From positions 18,042,001 through 18,106,000 of the forward strand of contig OZ024748.1 of the NCBI GenBank assembly GCA_964016885.1: DNA of 64,000 bases, in the 5' to 3' direction. The first letter of the stretch is position 1, and the number at the start of each line of letters is the position of its first letter. Below are positions 1 through 14,100 of this stretch, piece by piece. Origin of the DNA: Eledone cirrhosa. Its lineage: Eukaryota. The notes beneath the pieces were generated by a model. That model had not been told where the DNA came from. It saw only the letters and a list, made by a program, of their open reading frames with translations, and did no database searches. Both the position numbers and the translations under genes were made by a program.

Positions 1-184
1 AAGATATGCCAATATTTATCTAAAGCGACTTTTTATCTGTCAAATATTCTAAGTAAATCAAAGATAAACAGGAAAAGAGTTTTGCCATTAATCTGACAGG
101 TAAATTTACAGAATATTTGCCAAACTATGACAAAACTATGAAATAAGTAGGCCGGGCAAAAAACAAACAAACAAACAAACAATA

Positions 185-522
185 TCATCATTTCATTTTA
201 CGTCCACTTTTCCCTGCTTGCAAGGGTGGGACGGGAACTGATTCTGGCTTGATTTCTACAGCTGGATGCCCTTCCTAACACCAACCTCATTTACAGTGAG
301 TGCTGGGTGCTTTTTTTTTTTTTGCCGTGGCACCTCCACGACCACTTTGCAGTGGAATGATAGGGACCCCAGTCCCTATCATCTCATTTCTACAGCTGAG
401 TAAACTGGAGCAATGTGAAATAAAGTGTCTTGCTCAAGGAAACAACACATCACCCGGTCTGAGAATTGAACTCACAACCTTTCGATTGCAAGGCCAATGT
501 TCTAACCACTAAGCCATGTGCC
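185..522 (-). mobile_element. tRNA-derived CORE-type SINE with RTE-derived 3' tail
   Basis: Minus strand has A box TGGCTTAGTGG, B box GAGTTCAATTC, CORE-like CCTTGAGCAAGACACTT...CAGTTTACTCAGCTGTAGAAATG and an (ATG)n tail. Near-identical copies at 61029-61367 and 61884-62220. Confidence 0.85.
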
Positions 523-528
523 TATATG

Positions 529-592
<64 letters not shown>

Positions 593-624
593 TATATATG
601 TATGTATGTATGTGTAACTAGCGA

Positions 625-1075
625 CTAAACTGGCAACCCCACCAAGGTTTCTTGGTGAGGAGGGTGACTTTGGACATCCTGCAGGACTAAAAACAAAACC
701 TGTCAAAGGGCAAAGGAGCTCTTAAGAGTCAATGGCCATCCAAAATCACCGAGAGAGATGACCCCTTAGCCTTTGTCAAGACAGAATTCTAGGAGAAGGA
801 AAACTCTGATATAACACCTGCAACCCTGATGGTATCCAATGATGTTGACTTGTTCTTCTTTTTGGTAAATATCATCTTGGTTAAGAGAGTGGGACTGGCT
901 TTGTGCAGTGCCTTTGCTCACTATAAAAGCTTCACGGCACAGGCATTGCTTTATATCTGGAGATCTCTCTGCACTTGTCGTCACATGGTACCATGGGCCC
1001 AGCACTATGTGTCAATGGTTGTCACAAGTTTAGTGTTTGTACCAGAGTTTTCAAGTCACTGGCTGGACTAAAAAG
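625..1075. mobile_element. Degraded retroelement fragment
   Basis: GGTGAGGAGGGT...AGAGTCAATGGCCATCC is shared in reverse complement with about 17335-17430. No intact ORF. Confidence 0.4.
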
Positions 1076-1206
1076 TCACACTCGTTCAGCGCATCGGTAG
1101 GGGTTCTCCTACATGGATATAAACTAGTGGCCGTACTCGAAAACGAGTTGGCAGCCACCATGTATATGTATGTATGTATGTATGTATATATGTGTATATA
1201 TATATG

Positions 1207-1239
<33 letters not shown>

Positions 1240-1312
1240 ATATATATATATGTATGTGTGTATATATATGTATATATATGTGTATATATATATATGTGTG
1301 TATATATATATA

Positions 1313-1353
<41 letters not shown>

Positions 1354-1387
1354 ATATATATATATATGTATGTATATATATATACAT

Positions 1388-1577
1388 GGAAAAGTAAGAA
1401 ATCGGAGAACAGACCGTTAATACATGTTTATTTAAAACAGCACCTACGTACATTTCGCCCGGTTGAGCTCTGCCGTCGGGGTTAAACATTTTCCTATTAC
1501 CCACTCTACTACCCTAAGTATTGAGTACTCTGGTGCGTTATGGTCCATCTGTTTCCTTACCACTCTTCCTTCGTTTT
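1388..1577. mobile_element. (TA)n-embedded Penelope-like mini-element (family E) with degenerate hammerhead
   Basis: Flanked by (TA)n. Minus 1442-1482 reads ACC-CCGACGG-caga-GCTC aacc GGGC-GAAA-TGTACG-TA-GGT. The tail TTTTCCTATTACCCACTCTACTACC..AAGTATTGAGTACTC is shared with 5933-6098. Confidence 0.6.
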
Positions 1578-1614
1578 ATATATATATATATTTATATATA
1601 TATAATAGTAATGT

Positions 1615-1667
<53 letters not shown>

Positions 1668-2211
1668 TATTACAATTATTTTCACAATTATTTATATTTA
1701 ATGTCATAATATATCTTTGTGTTAGCTTTAGTGTATTTTTTATTCCTGTTGAATAAGAGTTTAGGATGAGTCGCTAACTCTTATTTCTTGCCTTAACAAA
1801 TGCCAATTTTTATTTTTGAAATCTTAGTGTACAAAGTCATCCCAAGAAATTCTACTTCAAAGATCTTTAATCTATTAATCCAAGGTAGGAATCTCACATA
1901 GTTGCTTTCATAAAACTGTGCCTTCCGCTACGTTATATTTTTTATGACGTATTCCACTTAAATGATTGCTAATGTTATGTAGAATTAGTGAGGAGATGGA
2001 TGGATAAACTTCATTGAGTACATGAGGGTATTGAGTTCTATATTCCAGCAATATATCTTAGTATGAAGAGAGTGCATGACCTGTGGCAGTGATTCTTATG
2101 GAGTAGTGGCTTTTTTTTTATTTTGTCTTATTTTTTTTTTTTGTAGGTATTATAAAATATATGCATATGTAACCTACACACACACACACACACATATATT
2201 TATATATATAT

Positions 2212-2259
<48 letters not shown>

Positions 2260-2489
2260 GTGTGTGTTTGTTCACATGTGTGTTTATATGTGCACATGTG
2301 TATGTATGCCTGTATTTCTATGTGTACATATGTGTATGTATGCCTGTGTGTCTATGTGTATATATCTGTGTGTGTGTGTCTATGTGTATATATGTGTATC
2401 TGTACATGTGTGGGTATGCCTGTATGTTTATGTGTATCTGTACATGTGTGTGTATGCCAGTGTGTCTATGTGTGTGTGTGCCTACATAT

Positions 2490-4085
2490 ATACATGTCTA
2501 TATGTATGCAGTGTCTCTGTATGTACACATGTGTGTATGCCAGTGTGTCTGTGTGTGTGTGTGTGTGTGTCTACATGTCTATATGTATGTGTATGCAGTG
2601 TCTCTGTATGTACACATGTGTGTATGCCAGTGTGTCTATGTGTGTGTGTGTGCCTACATATATACATGTCTATATGTATGTGTATACAGTGTCTCTGTAT
2701 GTACACGTGTGTATGCCAGTGTGTGTGTGTGTGTGTGTCTACATGTCTATATGTATGTGTATGCAGTGTCTCTGTATGTACACATGTGTGTATGCCAGTG
2801 TGTCTGTGTGTGTGTCTACATGTCTATATGTATGTGTATGCAGTGTCTCTGTATGTACACATGTGTGTATGTGTCTGTGTGTGTGTGTGTGTACATGTCT
2901 ATATGTATGTGTATGCAGTGTCTCTGTATGTACACATGTGTGTATGTGTCTGTGTGTGTGTGTGTGTGTGTCTACATGTCTATATGGATGTGTATGCAGT
3001 GTCTCTGTATGTACACGTGTGTATGCCAGTGTGTGTGTGTGTGTGTCTACATGTCTATATGTATGTGTATGCAGCGTGTCTGTATGTACACGTGTGTATG
3101 CCAGTGTGTGTCTGTGTGTCTGTGTGTGTGTCTACATGTCTACATGTCTGTATGTATGTGTATGCAGTGGCTCTGTATGTACACATGTGTGTATGCCAGT
3201 GTGTGTGTGTGCGTGTGTGTGTCTACATGTCTATATGTATGTGTATGCAGTGTCTCTGTATGTACACATGTGTGTATGTGTCTGTGTGTGTGTGTGTGTG
3301 TGTCTACATGTCTATATGTATGTGTATGCAGTGTCTCTGTATGTACACATGTGTGTATGCCAGTGTGTCTGTGTGTGTGTGTCTACATGTCTATATGTAT
3401 GTGTATGCAGTGTGTCTGTATGTACACATGTGTGTATGCCACTGTGTCTATGTGTGTGTGTGTGTGCGTGTGTGTGTCTACATGTCTATATGTATGTGTA
3501 TACAGTGTCTCTGTATGTACACATGTGTGTATGTGTCTGTGTATGTGTCTGTGTGTGTGTGTCTACATGTCTATATGTATGTGTATGCAGTGTCTCTGTA
3601 TGTACACATGTGTGTATGTGTCTGTGTATGTGTCTGTGTGTGTGTGTCTACATGTCTATATGTATGTGTATGCAGTGTCTCTGTATGTACACATGTGTGT
3701 ATGTGTCTGTGTGTGTGTGTGTGTGTCTAAATGTCTATATGTATGTGTATGCAGTGTCTCTGTATGTACACATGTGTGTATGTGTCTGTGTGTGTGTGTG
3801 TGTGTCTACATGTCTATATGTATGTGTATGCAGTGTCTCTGTATGTACACATGTGTGTATGCCAGTGTGTCTGTGTGTGTGTGTCTACATGTCTATATGT
3901 ATGTGTATACAGTGTCTCTGTATGTACACATGTGTGTATGTGTCTGTGTATGTGTCTGTGTGTGTGTGTCTACATGTCTATATGTATGTGTATGCAGTGT
4001 CTCTGTATGTACACATGTGTGTATGTGTCTGTGTGTGTGTGTGTGTGTCTACATGTCTATATGTATGTGTATGCAGTGTCTCTCT
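2490..4085. repeat. Complex minisatellite, about 65-80 bp units built on a TG/TATG background
   Basis: CTACATGTCTATATGTATGTGTATGCAGTGTCTCTGTATGTACACATG recurs, separated by variable (TG)n. Confidence 0.9.
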
Positions 4086-4189
4086 ATCCAGATGCACTGA
4101 TTTAAGGTTGACAACTAACATGGATTAAATTTTAAAAGAAAATCAAAGCAACAACATAGAGATGAGAATCCCATTCATATATTTGATGA

Positions 4190-5195
4190 TGTATACACAC
4201 ACATACATACATACACACACATACATACATGCACACATACACACATACACACACATACATACATACACATGGACATACATACACACATACATATACACAC
4301 ACATACATACACACACACATACACATACATACATACACATGGACATACACACACACATACACATATACACATACATACATACACATGGACATACATACAC
4401 ACATACATATACACACACACATACATACACACACACATACACATACATACATACACATGGAAATACATACACACATACATACACATACACACATATACAC
4501 ATCATATTTGATGGTGTGTACACATACATACACATACATATACACATACACATACACACACACGTCATATTTGATGGTGTGTACTGTGGAACTGAGATTT
4601 CTTTAATCTCGTTAAATTCTCGCTGACTTAAAGAAGTTATCAAATGATTAGATATGTGAAGGCAAACACACACACACACATACATACATACACACACATA
4701 CATCCATACATACATACATACATCCATACATCCATACAGACATCCATACATACATACATACATACACACACATACAAATCCATACATACATACATCCATA
4801 CATACACACAGACATCCATACATACATACATACATACATCCATACATACATCCATACATACACACAGCCATACATACATACATACATACACACATCCATA
4901 CATACACACATCCATACATACATCCATACATATATACATCCATACACTCATACATACATACACACATACAGATACATACACTCATCCATATATACACACA
5001 TACATACATCCATAAATCCATACATACATCCATACACACATACATACATACACACATCCATATATATATATATATACACATACATACATCCATACACTCA
5101 TCCATACATACACACATCCATACATACACACATCCATACATACACACATCCATACATACATACATACACACACATACATCCATACATACATCCAT
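4190..5195. repeat. (CA)/(CATA)/(CATC) compound microsatellite
   Basis: Direct inspection. Confidence 0.9.
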
Positions 5196-5314
5196 AAATA
5201 GTTTCCATTTATTTAATATCATTGAATATTTACTCCAGAAATCTGTTGAGTGCTCTGAATCAGTTATAAACATTTATATTTGTCGGATTTGCAACAAATT
5301 AAATATCCCTTCTA

Positions 5315-5349
<35 letters not shown>

Positions 5350-5350
5350 A

Positions 5351-5914
5351 AAAAAGTGCAGGGCGATCAAAATAGACTGTAGCCACGGAGTAGGCAGACC
5401 CAGAAAAACCTGGGACGACTTGATAAATTCCGACCTCACACACTTACACCTCTCCAAGACAATGTCACTGGACCGAGAGCTTTGGCGCTACACAGTAATA
5501 GAGAAGACCCGCCTTGCCTAAGTACAAAGTGAAACCTACTACAGTCAGTAGGCACCTCTAACAAAATACACCCCTGTCCCACTACCCCCTCCCCATCCAC
5601 ACCACCCCTTTCAATGTAAAGTTATGTTGGTACCACAACATCCAGCCCGAAACAAATGAGGTCGTGTAGGTGTCACGACAAAAAAAACACACAGTCCACG
5701 CTGTAATGTGGCCGTGTAGGTAACACAGTAAAAACCTCCCAGTCCCACACTGTAAACGTGGTTGGTGTTAGGAAGGGCATCCAGCCGTAGAAAACCCGCC
5801 AGACAGTCCTATGCGAGCAAGACAACCACTCTTGCCTCAAGTGGGACAACTCCTGTCCAAACCCATGCAAGCATGGAACACGGACGTTAAACGATGATGA
5901 TGATGATGATGATG
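5351..5914 (+). mobile_element. RTE-clade LINE 3' end (ORF C-terminus plus long 3' UTR)
   Basis: Translates KKCRAIKIDCSHGVGRPRKTWDDLINSDL...; ends GGACGTTAAACGATGATGATG. Close copy at 39186-39833. Confidence 0.85.
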
Positions 5915-5932
5915 ATATATATATATATATAT

Positions 5933-6098
5933 AGGAAAAGAGTCAGAACCCCGACGGCTGAGCTCCGGCCATTTCGACAGCTAGATCCGAACACGTTCGG
6001 GGGTCCTGACTCTTTTCCTATTACCCACTCTACTACCTTAAGTATTGAGTACTCTGATGTGTTATGGTCCACCTGGTATCTTACCACACCCTCTGTGT
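5933..6098. mobile_element. (TA)n-embedded mini-element (family E) with inverted ends
   Basis: Inverted repeat GGAAAAGAGTCAGAACCCCG / CGGGGGTCCTGACTCTTTTCC, then the tail shared with 1489-1560. Partial third copy at about 46643-46700. Confidence 0.65.
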
Positions 6099-6120
6099 TA
6101 TATATATATATATATATACA

Positions 6121-6309
6121 TTATTCCGGGTTGAATCGGAGGTAACCACAGTAAGTAAGGTACTCAATACATTGCAGAGTATAAAAGTTTTAATATAGAT
6201 GAGATTCTACCGGACTAGAACTGTTTCATTCTTTAGAAATCATCAGCGATTCCTGATGATTTCTAAAGAATGAAACAGTTCTAGTCCTGTAGAATCTCAT
6301 CTATATTAA

Positions 6310-6313
<4 letters not shown>
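6121..6313. mobile_element. Fold-back Penelope-like mini-element (family A)
   Basis: 61-bp inverted arms 6186-6246 / 6253-6313 with 1 mismatch, flanked by (TA)n. Homologues at 44685-44865, 51961-52130 and 61387-61449. Confidence 0.8.
6248..6296 (+). ncRNA. Minimal type I hammerhead ribozyme motif
   Basis: GATTC-CTGATGA-tTTCtaaaGAAt-GAAA-CAG ttctagtc CTG-TA-GAATC. Stem I GATTC/GAATC, stem III ACAG/CTGT, GUA cleavage triplet. Confidence 0.75.
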
Positions 6314-6348
<35 letters not shown>

Positions 6349-6721
6349 TATATATGGAAAGAAAGGGTTGTATTGATTCCACCTGGAATCCACCCTAGAA
6401 AAGTCAGGGAGTGTTTGTGAAGATGGTTCATTGTCATTCTTGTGGAATTCCCAGTTTAATGTTTAGTTGAACAACTACAACTACAACAACAACACAAATA
6501 ACAACAATAACAATGATAATAACATTAACAAATGCAACAACAACAATAACAAATACAGCAACAACACTAACAACAACAAAAATGTAATGTTCAGTTAAAA
6601 TACTACAACAACAACAACAACATTAACAACAACAGCTGAATGTTCTTTCAAGGGAACAATATTGCAGTTTGGATAACAGGAATTGCATACAAATGAGAAG
6701 TGTATAGAATTTACAGTTGCA

Positions 6722-6748
6722 TGGTGGTGGTGGTGGTGGTGGTGGTGG

Positions 6749-6779
<31 letters not shown>

Positions 6780-6853
6780 GGTGGTGCTGGTGGTGGTGGT
6801 GGTGGTGGTGGTGGTGGTGGTGGTGCTGCTGGTGGTGGTGGTGGTGGTAGTGG

Positions 6854-6884
<31 letters not shown>

Positions 6885-6985
6885 GGTGGTGGTGGTGGTG
6901 CTGGTGGTGGTGGTGGTGGTGGTGGTGGTGGTGGTGGTGGTGGTGGTGCTGCTGGTGGTGGTGGTGGTGGTGATGGTGGTGGTGG

Positions 6986-7016
<31 letters not shown>

Positions 7017-7600
7017 GATGGTGGTGGTGGTGGTGGTGGTGGAGGTGGTGGTGTTGCTGGTTGTGCTGGAGCTGGTGCTGGTGGTGGTGGTGGAGGTGGA
7101 GGTGGTGGTGTTGCTGGTTGTGCTGGAGCTGGTGGTGGTGATGGTGATGGAGGTGGTGGTGGTGTTGCTGGTTGTGCTGGAGCTGGTGCTGGTGGTGGTG
7201 GTGGTGGTGATGGTGGTGGTGGTGGTGGTGGTGTTGCTGGTGGTGGTGGTGGTGGTGGTGGTGCTGGAGCTGGTGGTGGTGGTGGTGGTGATGGTGGAGG
7301 TGGTTGTGCTGGTGCTGGTGGTGATGATAGTGGTGCTGCTGGTGGTGGTGGTGGTGGAGATGATGGTGGAGATTTTGAAGGTGGTGGTGGTGGTGGCGAT
7401 GGAGGTGGTGCTGGTTGCGGTAGTGGTGGTGGTGGTGGTGCTGCTGGTTGTGCTGTTGCTGGTAGAGATGGTGATGATGGTGGAGATGGTGAAGGTGGTA
7501 GTGGTAGAGATGGTGCTGGTTGTGGTAGTGGTGGTGGTGGTGGTGGTGGGGTGCTGGTGGTGCTGCTGCTGCTGATAGTGTGGATGGTGGTGGTTGTGCT
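6722..7600. repeat. (GGT)n/(GCT)n trinucleotide tract
   Basis: Direct inspection. Confidence 0.95.
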
Positions 7601-7641
7601 TGTAGTGTTGGAGGGTGTTAGCACTGTTATTTATTGATTCT

Positions 7642-7678
<37 letters not shown>

Positions 7679-7849
7679 ACAACAAAAAGATTTGTAATAT
7701 AGCCATAAGGCCCCATAATTTGGAGAGAAGGTATATAGATGATTAAATTGACCCCAGTATTTGACTGGTACATATTTTATCCATCCCTCGGCTTGAATTC
7801 AGACAGTTGGTATGTGATGTCAGTTCCTATGACAACAGTTCCAGTTACT

Positions 7850-8180
7850 TCAATAAATGGAACAGCCTGTCAGTGTTCAAGTTGTTTCAATTAATGGAAC
7901 AGCCTGTCTATGTCAATTCCAACAAATGTTAGTTGGTTGAATTAATGGAACAGCCTACCAGTGTCAATTCCAACAACAAATGTTGTTCTAGTTGGTTCAA
8001 TTAATGGAACAGCCTACCAGTGTCAATTCCAACAACAAATGTTCCAGTTGGTTCAATTAATGGAACAGCCTGCCAGTACCAATTCCAACAAATGTTCAGT
8101 TGGTTCAATTAATGGAACAGCCTGCCAGTACCAGTTCCAACAAGTGTTACAGTTGGTTCAATTAATGGAACAGCCTGCTC
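7850..8180. repeat. About 55-62 bp tandem repeat (about 6 units)
   Basis: TTGGTTCAATTAATGGAACAGCCT recurs. A related single copy lies at about 24740-24770. Confidence 0.8.
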
Positions 8181-8417
8181 ATGTCTTGAACATAAGATAT
8201 GCAGTGGCTCATTACATCCCTGAGCAAGACACTTTACTTCACATTACTCAAGTTAATTCAACTGTTAAATATAAGTCATATCTGTAATTTTAAAAAATAA
8301 ACCAGCCTCATTACACACAGTCATGCTATGCTGAATCTCCCTGAGAAATTGTGTTAAGAATACACATGTTTATGGAATGCTCATCCTTTGTAAAGTAAAT
8401 TTCATGAACAAACTGTA

Positions 8418-10050
8418 ATGACTGAAAGAATACGATCGTAAATAGAAGTATCCAAAATGGGATTCCTCCAAAGGGTCATTGGTGTAACATTACTCGACAG
8501 AGTGCATAGCTCAGAAATCAGAGAGTCACTCTAGGTAGGTAGAGCCACTACTTCTCCGAATTGAGAGATCACAGCTCTGATACTATGGGCATGTGGTTAG
8601 AATGTCTCAGGAAAGAATCACTGGACAGATTTGTAGCTCGGAGATCAGAGAGTCACTCTAGGTAGAGCCACTACTTCTCCGAATTGAGAGATCACAGCTC
8701 TGATACTATGGGCATGTGGTTAGAATGTCTCAGGAAAGAATCACTGGACAGATTTGTAGCTCGGAGATCAGAGAGTCACTCTAGGTAGAGCCACTACTTC
8801 TCCGAATTGAGAGATCACAGCTCTGATACTATGGGCATGTGGTTAGAATGTCTCAGGAAAGAATCACTGGACAGATTTGTAGCTCGGAGATCAGAGAGTC
8901 ACTCTAGGTAGAGCCACTACTTCTCCGAATTGAGAGATCACAGCTCTGATACTATGGGCATGTGGTTAGAATGTCTCAGGAAAGAATCCCTGGACAGATT
9001 TGTAGCTCGGAGATCAGAGAGTCACTCTAGGTAGAGCCACTACTTCTCCAAATTGAGAGATCACAGCTCTGATACTATGGGCATGTGGTTAGAATGTCTC
9101 AGGAAAGAATCACTGGACAGATTTGTAGCTCGGAGATCAGAGAGTCACTCTAGGTAGAGCCACTACTTCTCCGAATTGAGAGATCACAGCTCTGATACTA
9201 TGGGCATGTGGTTAGAATGTCTCAGGAAAGAATCCCTGGACAGATTTGTAGCTCGGAGATCAGAGAGTCACTCTAGGTAGAGCTGCTATTTTCTCTAAAT
9301 TGAGAGATCACAGCTCTGATACTATGGGCATGTGGTTAGAATGTCTCAGGAAAGAATCCCTGGACAGATTTGTAGCTCGGAGATCAGAGAGTCACTCTAG
9401 GTAGAGCTGCTATTTTCTCTAAATTGACAGATCACAGTTCTGATACTATGAGCATGTGGTTAGAATGTCTCAGGAAAGAATCCCTGGACAGATTTGTAGC
9501 TCGGAGATCAGAGAGTCACTCTAGGTAGAGCTGCTATTTTCTCTAAATTGACAGATCACAGTTCTGATACTATGAGCATGTGGTTAGAATGTCTCAGGAA
9601 AGAATCCCTGGACAGATTTGTAGCTCGGAGATCAGAGAGTCACTCTAGGTAGAGCTGCTATTTTCTCTAAATTGACAGATCACAGTTCTGATACTATGAG
9701 CATGTGGTTAGAATGTCTCAGGAAAGAATCACTGGACAGATTTGTAGCTCGGAGATCAGAGAGTCACTCTAGGTAGAGCTGCTATTTTCTCTAAATTGAC
9801 AGATCACAGCTCCAGTACTGTAGGCATGTGGTTAGAATGCCTCAGGAAAGACTCACTGGACAGATTTTACAGGAGCAAAACCAACTGGCAGGAGAGCCAG
9901 GGGAAGATCCTGAACAAGATGGTTGGATAACATCCATGAGCTTGGCTGGTCTTGCTTAGGGATCCAGCCAGATCAGTTGGAGACAGTTGCTTCTGACAAG
10001 ACCTGCTGGGAGGAGTGTTTGAGGACTCTGCCTCCATGGCCCTCACAGCA
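8418..10050 (+). mobile_element. Degraded RTE LINE ORF C-terminus interrupted by an internal tandem expansion
   Basis: MTERIRS*IEVSKMGFLQRVIGVTLLDRVHSSEIRESL...YYGHVVRMSQER...KPTGRRARGRS*TRWLDNI, typical RTE C-terminal motifs. Confidence 0.85.
8515..9868 (+). repeat. 123/124-bp tandem array, 11 units
   Basis: Unit starts at 8515, 8641, 8764, 8887, 9010, 9133, 9256, 9380, 9504, 9628, 9752. Confidence 0.95.
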
Positions 10051-10157
10051 ATTTCATTAAGATGATATTTGCAACATAAAATGTTCTTATATTCTTATGT
10101 TGAAAGGTTTTAATTTAAATACGAATGCTTTAGAATGAGCAGTTTTATTTCGTAGAA

Positions 10158-10271
10158 ATACTACTACTACTACTACTACTACTACTATTACTATTACTAC
10201 TACTACTACTACTGCTGCTGCTACTGCTGCTGCTACCACTACTGCTGCTGCTTCCACTACTACTACTTTTA

Positions 10272-10340
<69 letters not shown>

Positions 10341-10442
10341 CTGCTACTACTACTACTGCTGCTACTGCTGCTGTTGCTTCCACTACTACTGCTGCTTCCA
10401 CTACTACTACTACTTTTATTGCTGCTACTACTACTACTTCTG

Positions 10443-10510
<68 letters not shown>

Positions 10511-10673
10511 ACCACTACTGCTGCTGCTTCCACTACTACTACTACTTTTATTGCTGCTGCTGCTGCTACTACTACTGCTACTACTGCTGCTGCTACCACT
10601 ACTGCTGCTGCTTCCACTACTACTACTACTTTTATTGCTGCTACTACTTCTACTGCTACTACTACTTCTACTG

Positions 10674-10720
<47 letters not shown>
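10158..10720. repeat. (CTA)n/(CTG)n compound trinucleotide tract
   Basis: Direct inspection. Confidence 0.95.
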
Positions 10721-11115
10721 GAAGAAGAAGAAGGTAAAGAAGTGGGGGAAGAAAAAGAAGATGACTGTCCGATTGATAAAGTAACTGGAAGTCTAGTGAT
10801 CAGAACCAATGGAAGATCAATAGAAACTCGTCTCAATATTTACCCCTTCCAATCAACTTCGTAACTTAAAGCACTGAGTGAACTGAAATCAGTTTATTTA
10901 TATAAATCAATTATAAAATAGATTTTTGTAGACTCAAAATAATAACAGCCATTTATTCACGCGGCATTGAAAACTCTTTCAAGACTTTGGCAAACTGTCG
11001 TTGGAAATTATGAAAATATATATATATATATACACACACATATATATATATATACATATATGTGTGTGTGTATATATATATATGTGAGTGTGAAAAAAAG
11101 TGTTTAAAAATGTAT

Positions 11116-11156
<41 letters not shown>

Positions 11157-11949
11157 CATACACATATATATATGTACATATGTATAAGCAATAATTATAT
11201 GTTTATATATGTCCACACAAACTTATGTATGTATATATAGATATATATATATATAATTGATATTAAAATCCACAGGTTTTTTCTCCTATTGTCCTGTTTT
11301 CTTTGGTTCTGGAAAAACGAAAATCTAAACTCCATTACTTATTGTCTGACCTGGTTGTTAAAATCTCCAGTGCAAACACACATATATATATATATATAGA
11401 GAGGGGGGGGGGACCATATATACATATATATATATATGCACTATATATGTATGTGTATATATATGTGTGTATGTGTATAAATATATATATATATATATAT
11501 TTACTTATTTATTTATATATATCAAAGAAGGAATCTGAAGAAGAAAAAAAACCAACAAACAAAAACACATATGAACACAACAACAACACATAACAACACA
11601 CAACATCACACATATGAATATACATACACCTACACACACCCACACAGAAATAAATTTTGAAAGAGTCAAAAAGTTTTTAATATTCTTTGCAGGAAACTAT
11701 GGTTTTATTGAATGTTGCCAGCAGAAGAAAACCAGAAAACAATGAAGAATGAATGGAAAAAAAACACACACATCACAAAACAAATTACTGGACCTCTTAT
11801 TCAGTCAAACAGCTTATCAAAGACAAAAGGAGCAGAGGAGCGTAAGAAGGAGAGAGGAGGAGAGAGAGATAGAAAAAAAACTGATTTCAGAATTCTCTGC
11901 ACAGAAAGCAAAGCAAAGCAAACCAAAAGCAGAAAGACAAAAAATAAAA

Positions 11950-12016
<67 letters not shown>

Positions 12017-12103
12017 AATACAAATATAAATATAAATAAAGCTATACTTTTTCAACAATCATCCTCAATGACCATAAGCAAAACAATGCAGAAAGAAAGA
12101 ATT

Positions 12104-12150
<47 letters not shown>

Positions 12151-12151
12151 A

Positions 12152-12184
<33 letters not shown>

Positions 12185-12240
12185 ATATATATATGTATAT
12201 ATATATAATATAATATATATATATGTATATTTATATGTAT

Positions 12241-12272
<32 letters not shown>

Positions 12273-12312
12273 ATATATATAATTATATATATATATATAT
12301 ATTATATATATT

Positions 12313-12345
<33 letters not shown>

Positions 12346-13058
12346 TATATATATATATAATATTATATATATATATGAAATATATATAAATACAAAATAG
12401 ATAACAATATAAATATTTTCTCAAATCATCCTCATTGACCATGAAGATAAACCATTTCTTTCTGGGTGAAGGGAAGAGGGGGGGGTCTTTTTAAAGATTA
12501 TTTTTAGTGTTTTTATCTGTTTTTTCTTGCATGTGTGTTTTGGGGGTTTTTTTGTCAGGTGGGAGCTGGGGAGGGTTTGGGGGTTGTTGTTGATTTTTTT
12601 TTTTTTTTTAATGAAGAAGAGAAATAACTGGAAAAAAATTGTTCTGTTCTTTGTTTACGTAATTATGAAGAAAAAAACATAAAAGAATAAATGTTTAAAG
12701 AATTAATACAATAGAAAACAAAAACAAAAACAAAAGAAGAAGGTAGGAATGAAAGAAAAGAAAGAAAGAAAGAAGAAACGTGGGTTGGGAGATCAAATTG
12801 TGGTATTTTCTTTGTGTTGTTCTCACACTCCCTAGCTCTACTTCTCTTTCATTCTCTCTCTCTCTCTCTCCATCCCCCACCCCCCTCTCTCTCTCTCACA
12901 CTGTTTCTTTGATGTTTTCTCTGTCTCTCACCCTCCATGTCTCCCTTTTTCTCTCCCCCTCTCGCTCTCACTATATCTCTCTTTCTCTCTCTTAAACAAA
13001 AACAGAAAGTAAGAAGAAATATGAGTTGTGAGATGAAATCAAACTCTTTTCTTTATTA

Positions 13059-13111
<53 letters not shown>

Positions 13112-13214
13112 AAATATTCCTTCAATTTTTCGATGTTAAAAAACAAAATGGTGGTTATTTTCCTTTGTCATTTCTGACATTGCACAGTGATAAGTTGTTA
13201 GAGGCTCACATGTT

Positions 13215-14100
13215 AAACAACAATGACAACAACAGCAGCAACAGCAACATCAACAATAACAACAACAACACCAATAACAACATCATCAACAACAGCAATA
13301 ACATCAACTGCAACAATAACAAGAACAATATCAGCAACAACATTGGTTGATAACTTGTTAGGGGCTCACATGTTAAATAACAATGACAACAACAGCAGCA
13401 GCAATAACAACAACAACAACAACAACATCAACAACAGCAACATCATCATCATCATCATTAATAACAACATCAAGGACGATATCGATAGTAATAACAACAA
13501 AAACAACAACAGCACCATCAACATAAATGCAAACAACAACAATAACAACAACAACAACATCAATGACAGCAACGACAACAACATCCACACTACACCAACA
13601 ACAACAATATCAACCACAGGACAATATACCAACAACAACAATAACAACCACAGGACAATATACCAACAACAACAATAACAACAACAACCACAGGACAATA
13701 TACCAACAACAACAATAACAACAACAACCACAGGACAATAGACCAACAACCACAGGACAATAGACCAACAACAACAACAGCAACAACAGCAACAACAACA
13801 ACCACAGGACAATACACCAGCAACAACAATAACAACAACAACAGGACAATATACCAACAACAACAGCAACAACAACAACCACATGACAATACACCAACAA
13901 CAACAGCAACAACAACCACAGAATAATGCACCAACAACAACAGCAATGACAACAACAACAACCACAATACACAAACAACAATAACAACAACCATAGAACA
14001 GTACACCAACAACCACCACAATACACAAACAACAATAACAACAACCACAGGCCCTGCACCAACAACAACAACAACAACCATAATATACAAACAACAACAA
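13215..14100. repeat. (CAA)n tract with CCACAGGACAATATACC sub-repeats
   Basis: Direct inspection. Internal duplication of TGATAA.TTGTTAG.GGCTCACATGTTAAA at about 13188 and 13348. Confidence 0.9.

Noticed and set aside
2076-4128. 500-670 aa Cys/Val/Met-rich ORFs
   Set aside because: Open in all three frames because the TG/TATG minisatellite lacks stops. The same applies to the YI/HT/CV-rich ORFs throughout the window.
6623-7706. Poly-Gly/Pro/Thr/Val ORFs (formin- or mucin-like)
   Set aside because: Pure (GGT)n expansion open in four frames, with no flanking domain or convincing splice context.
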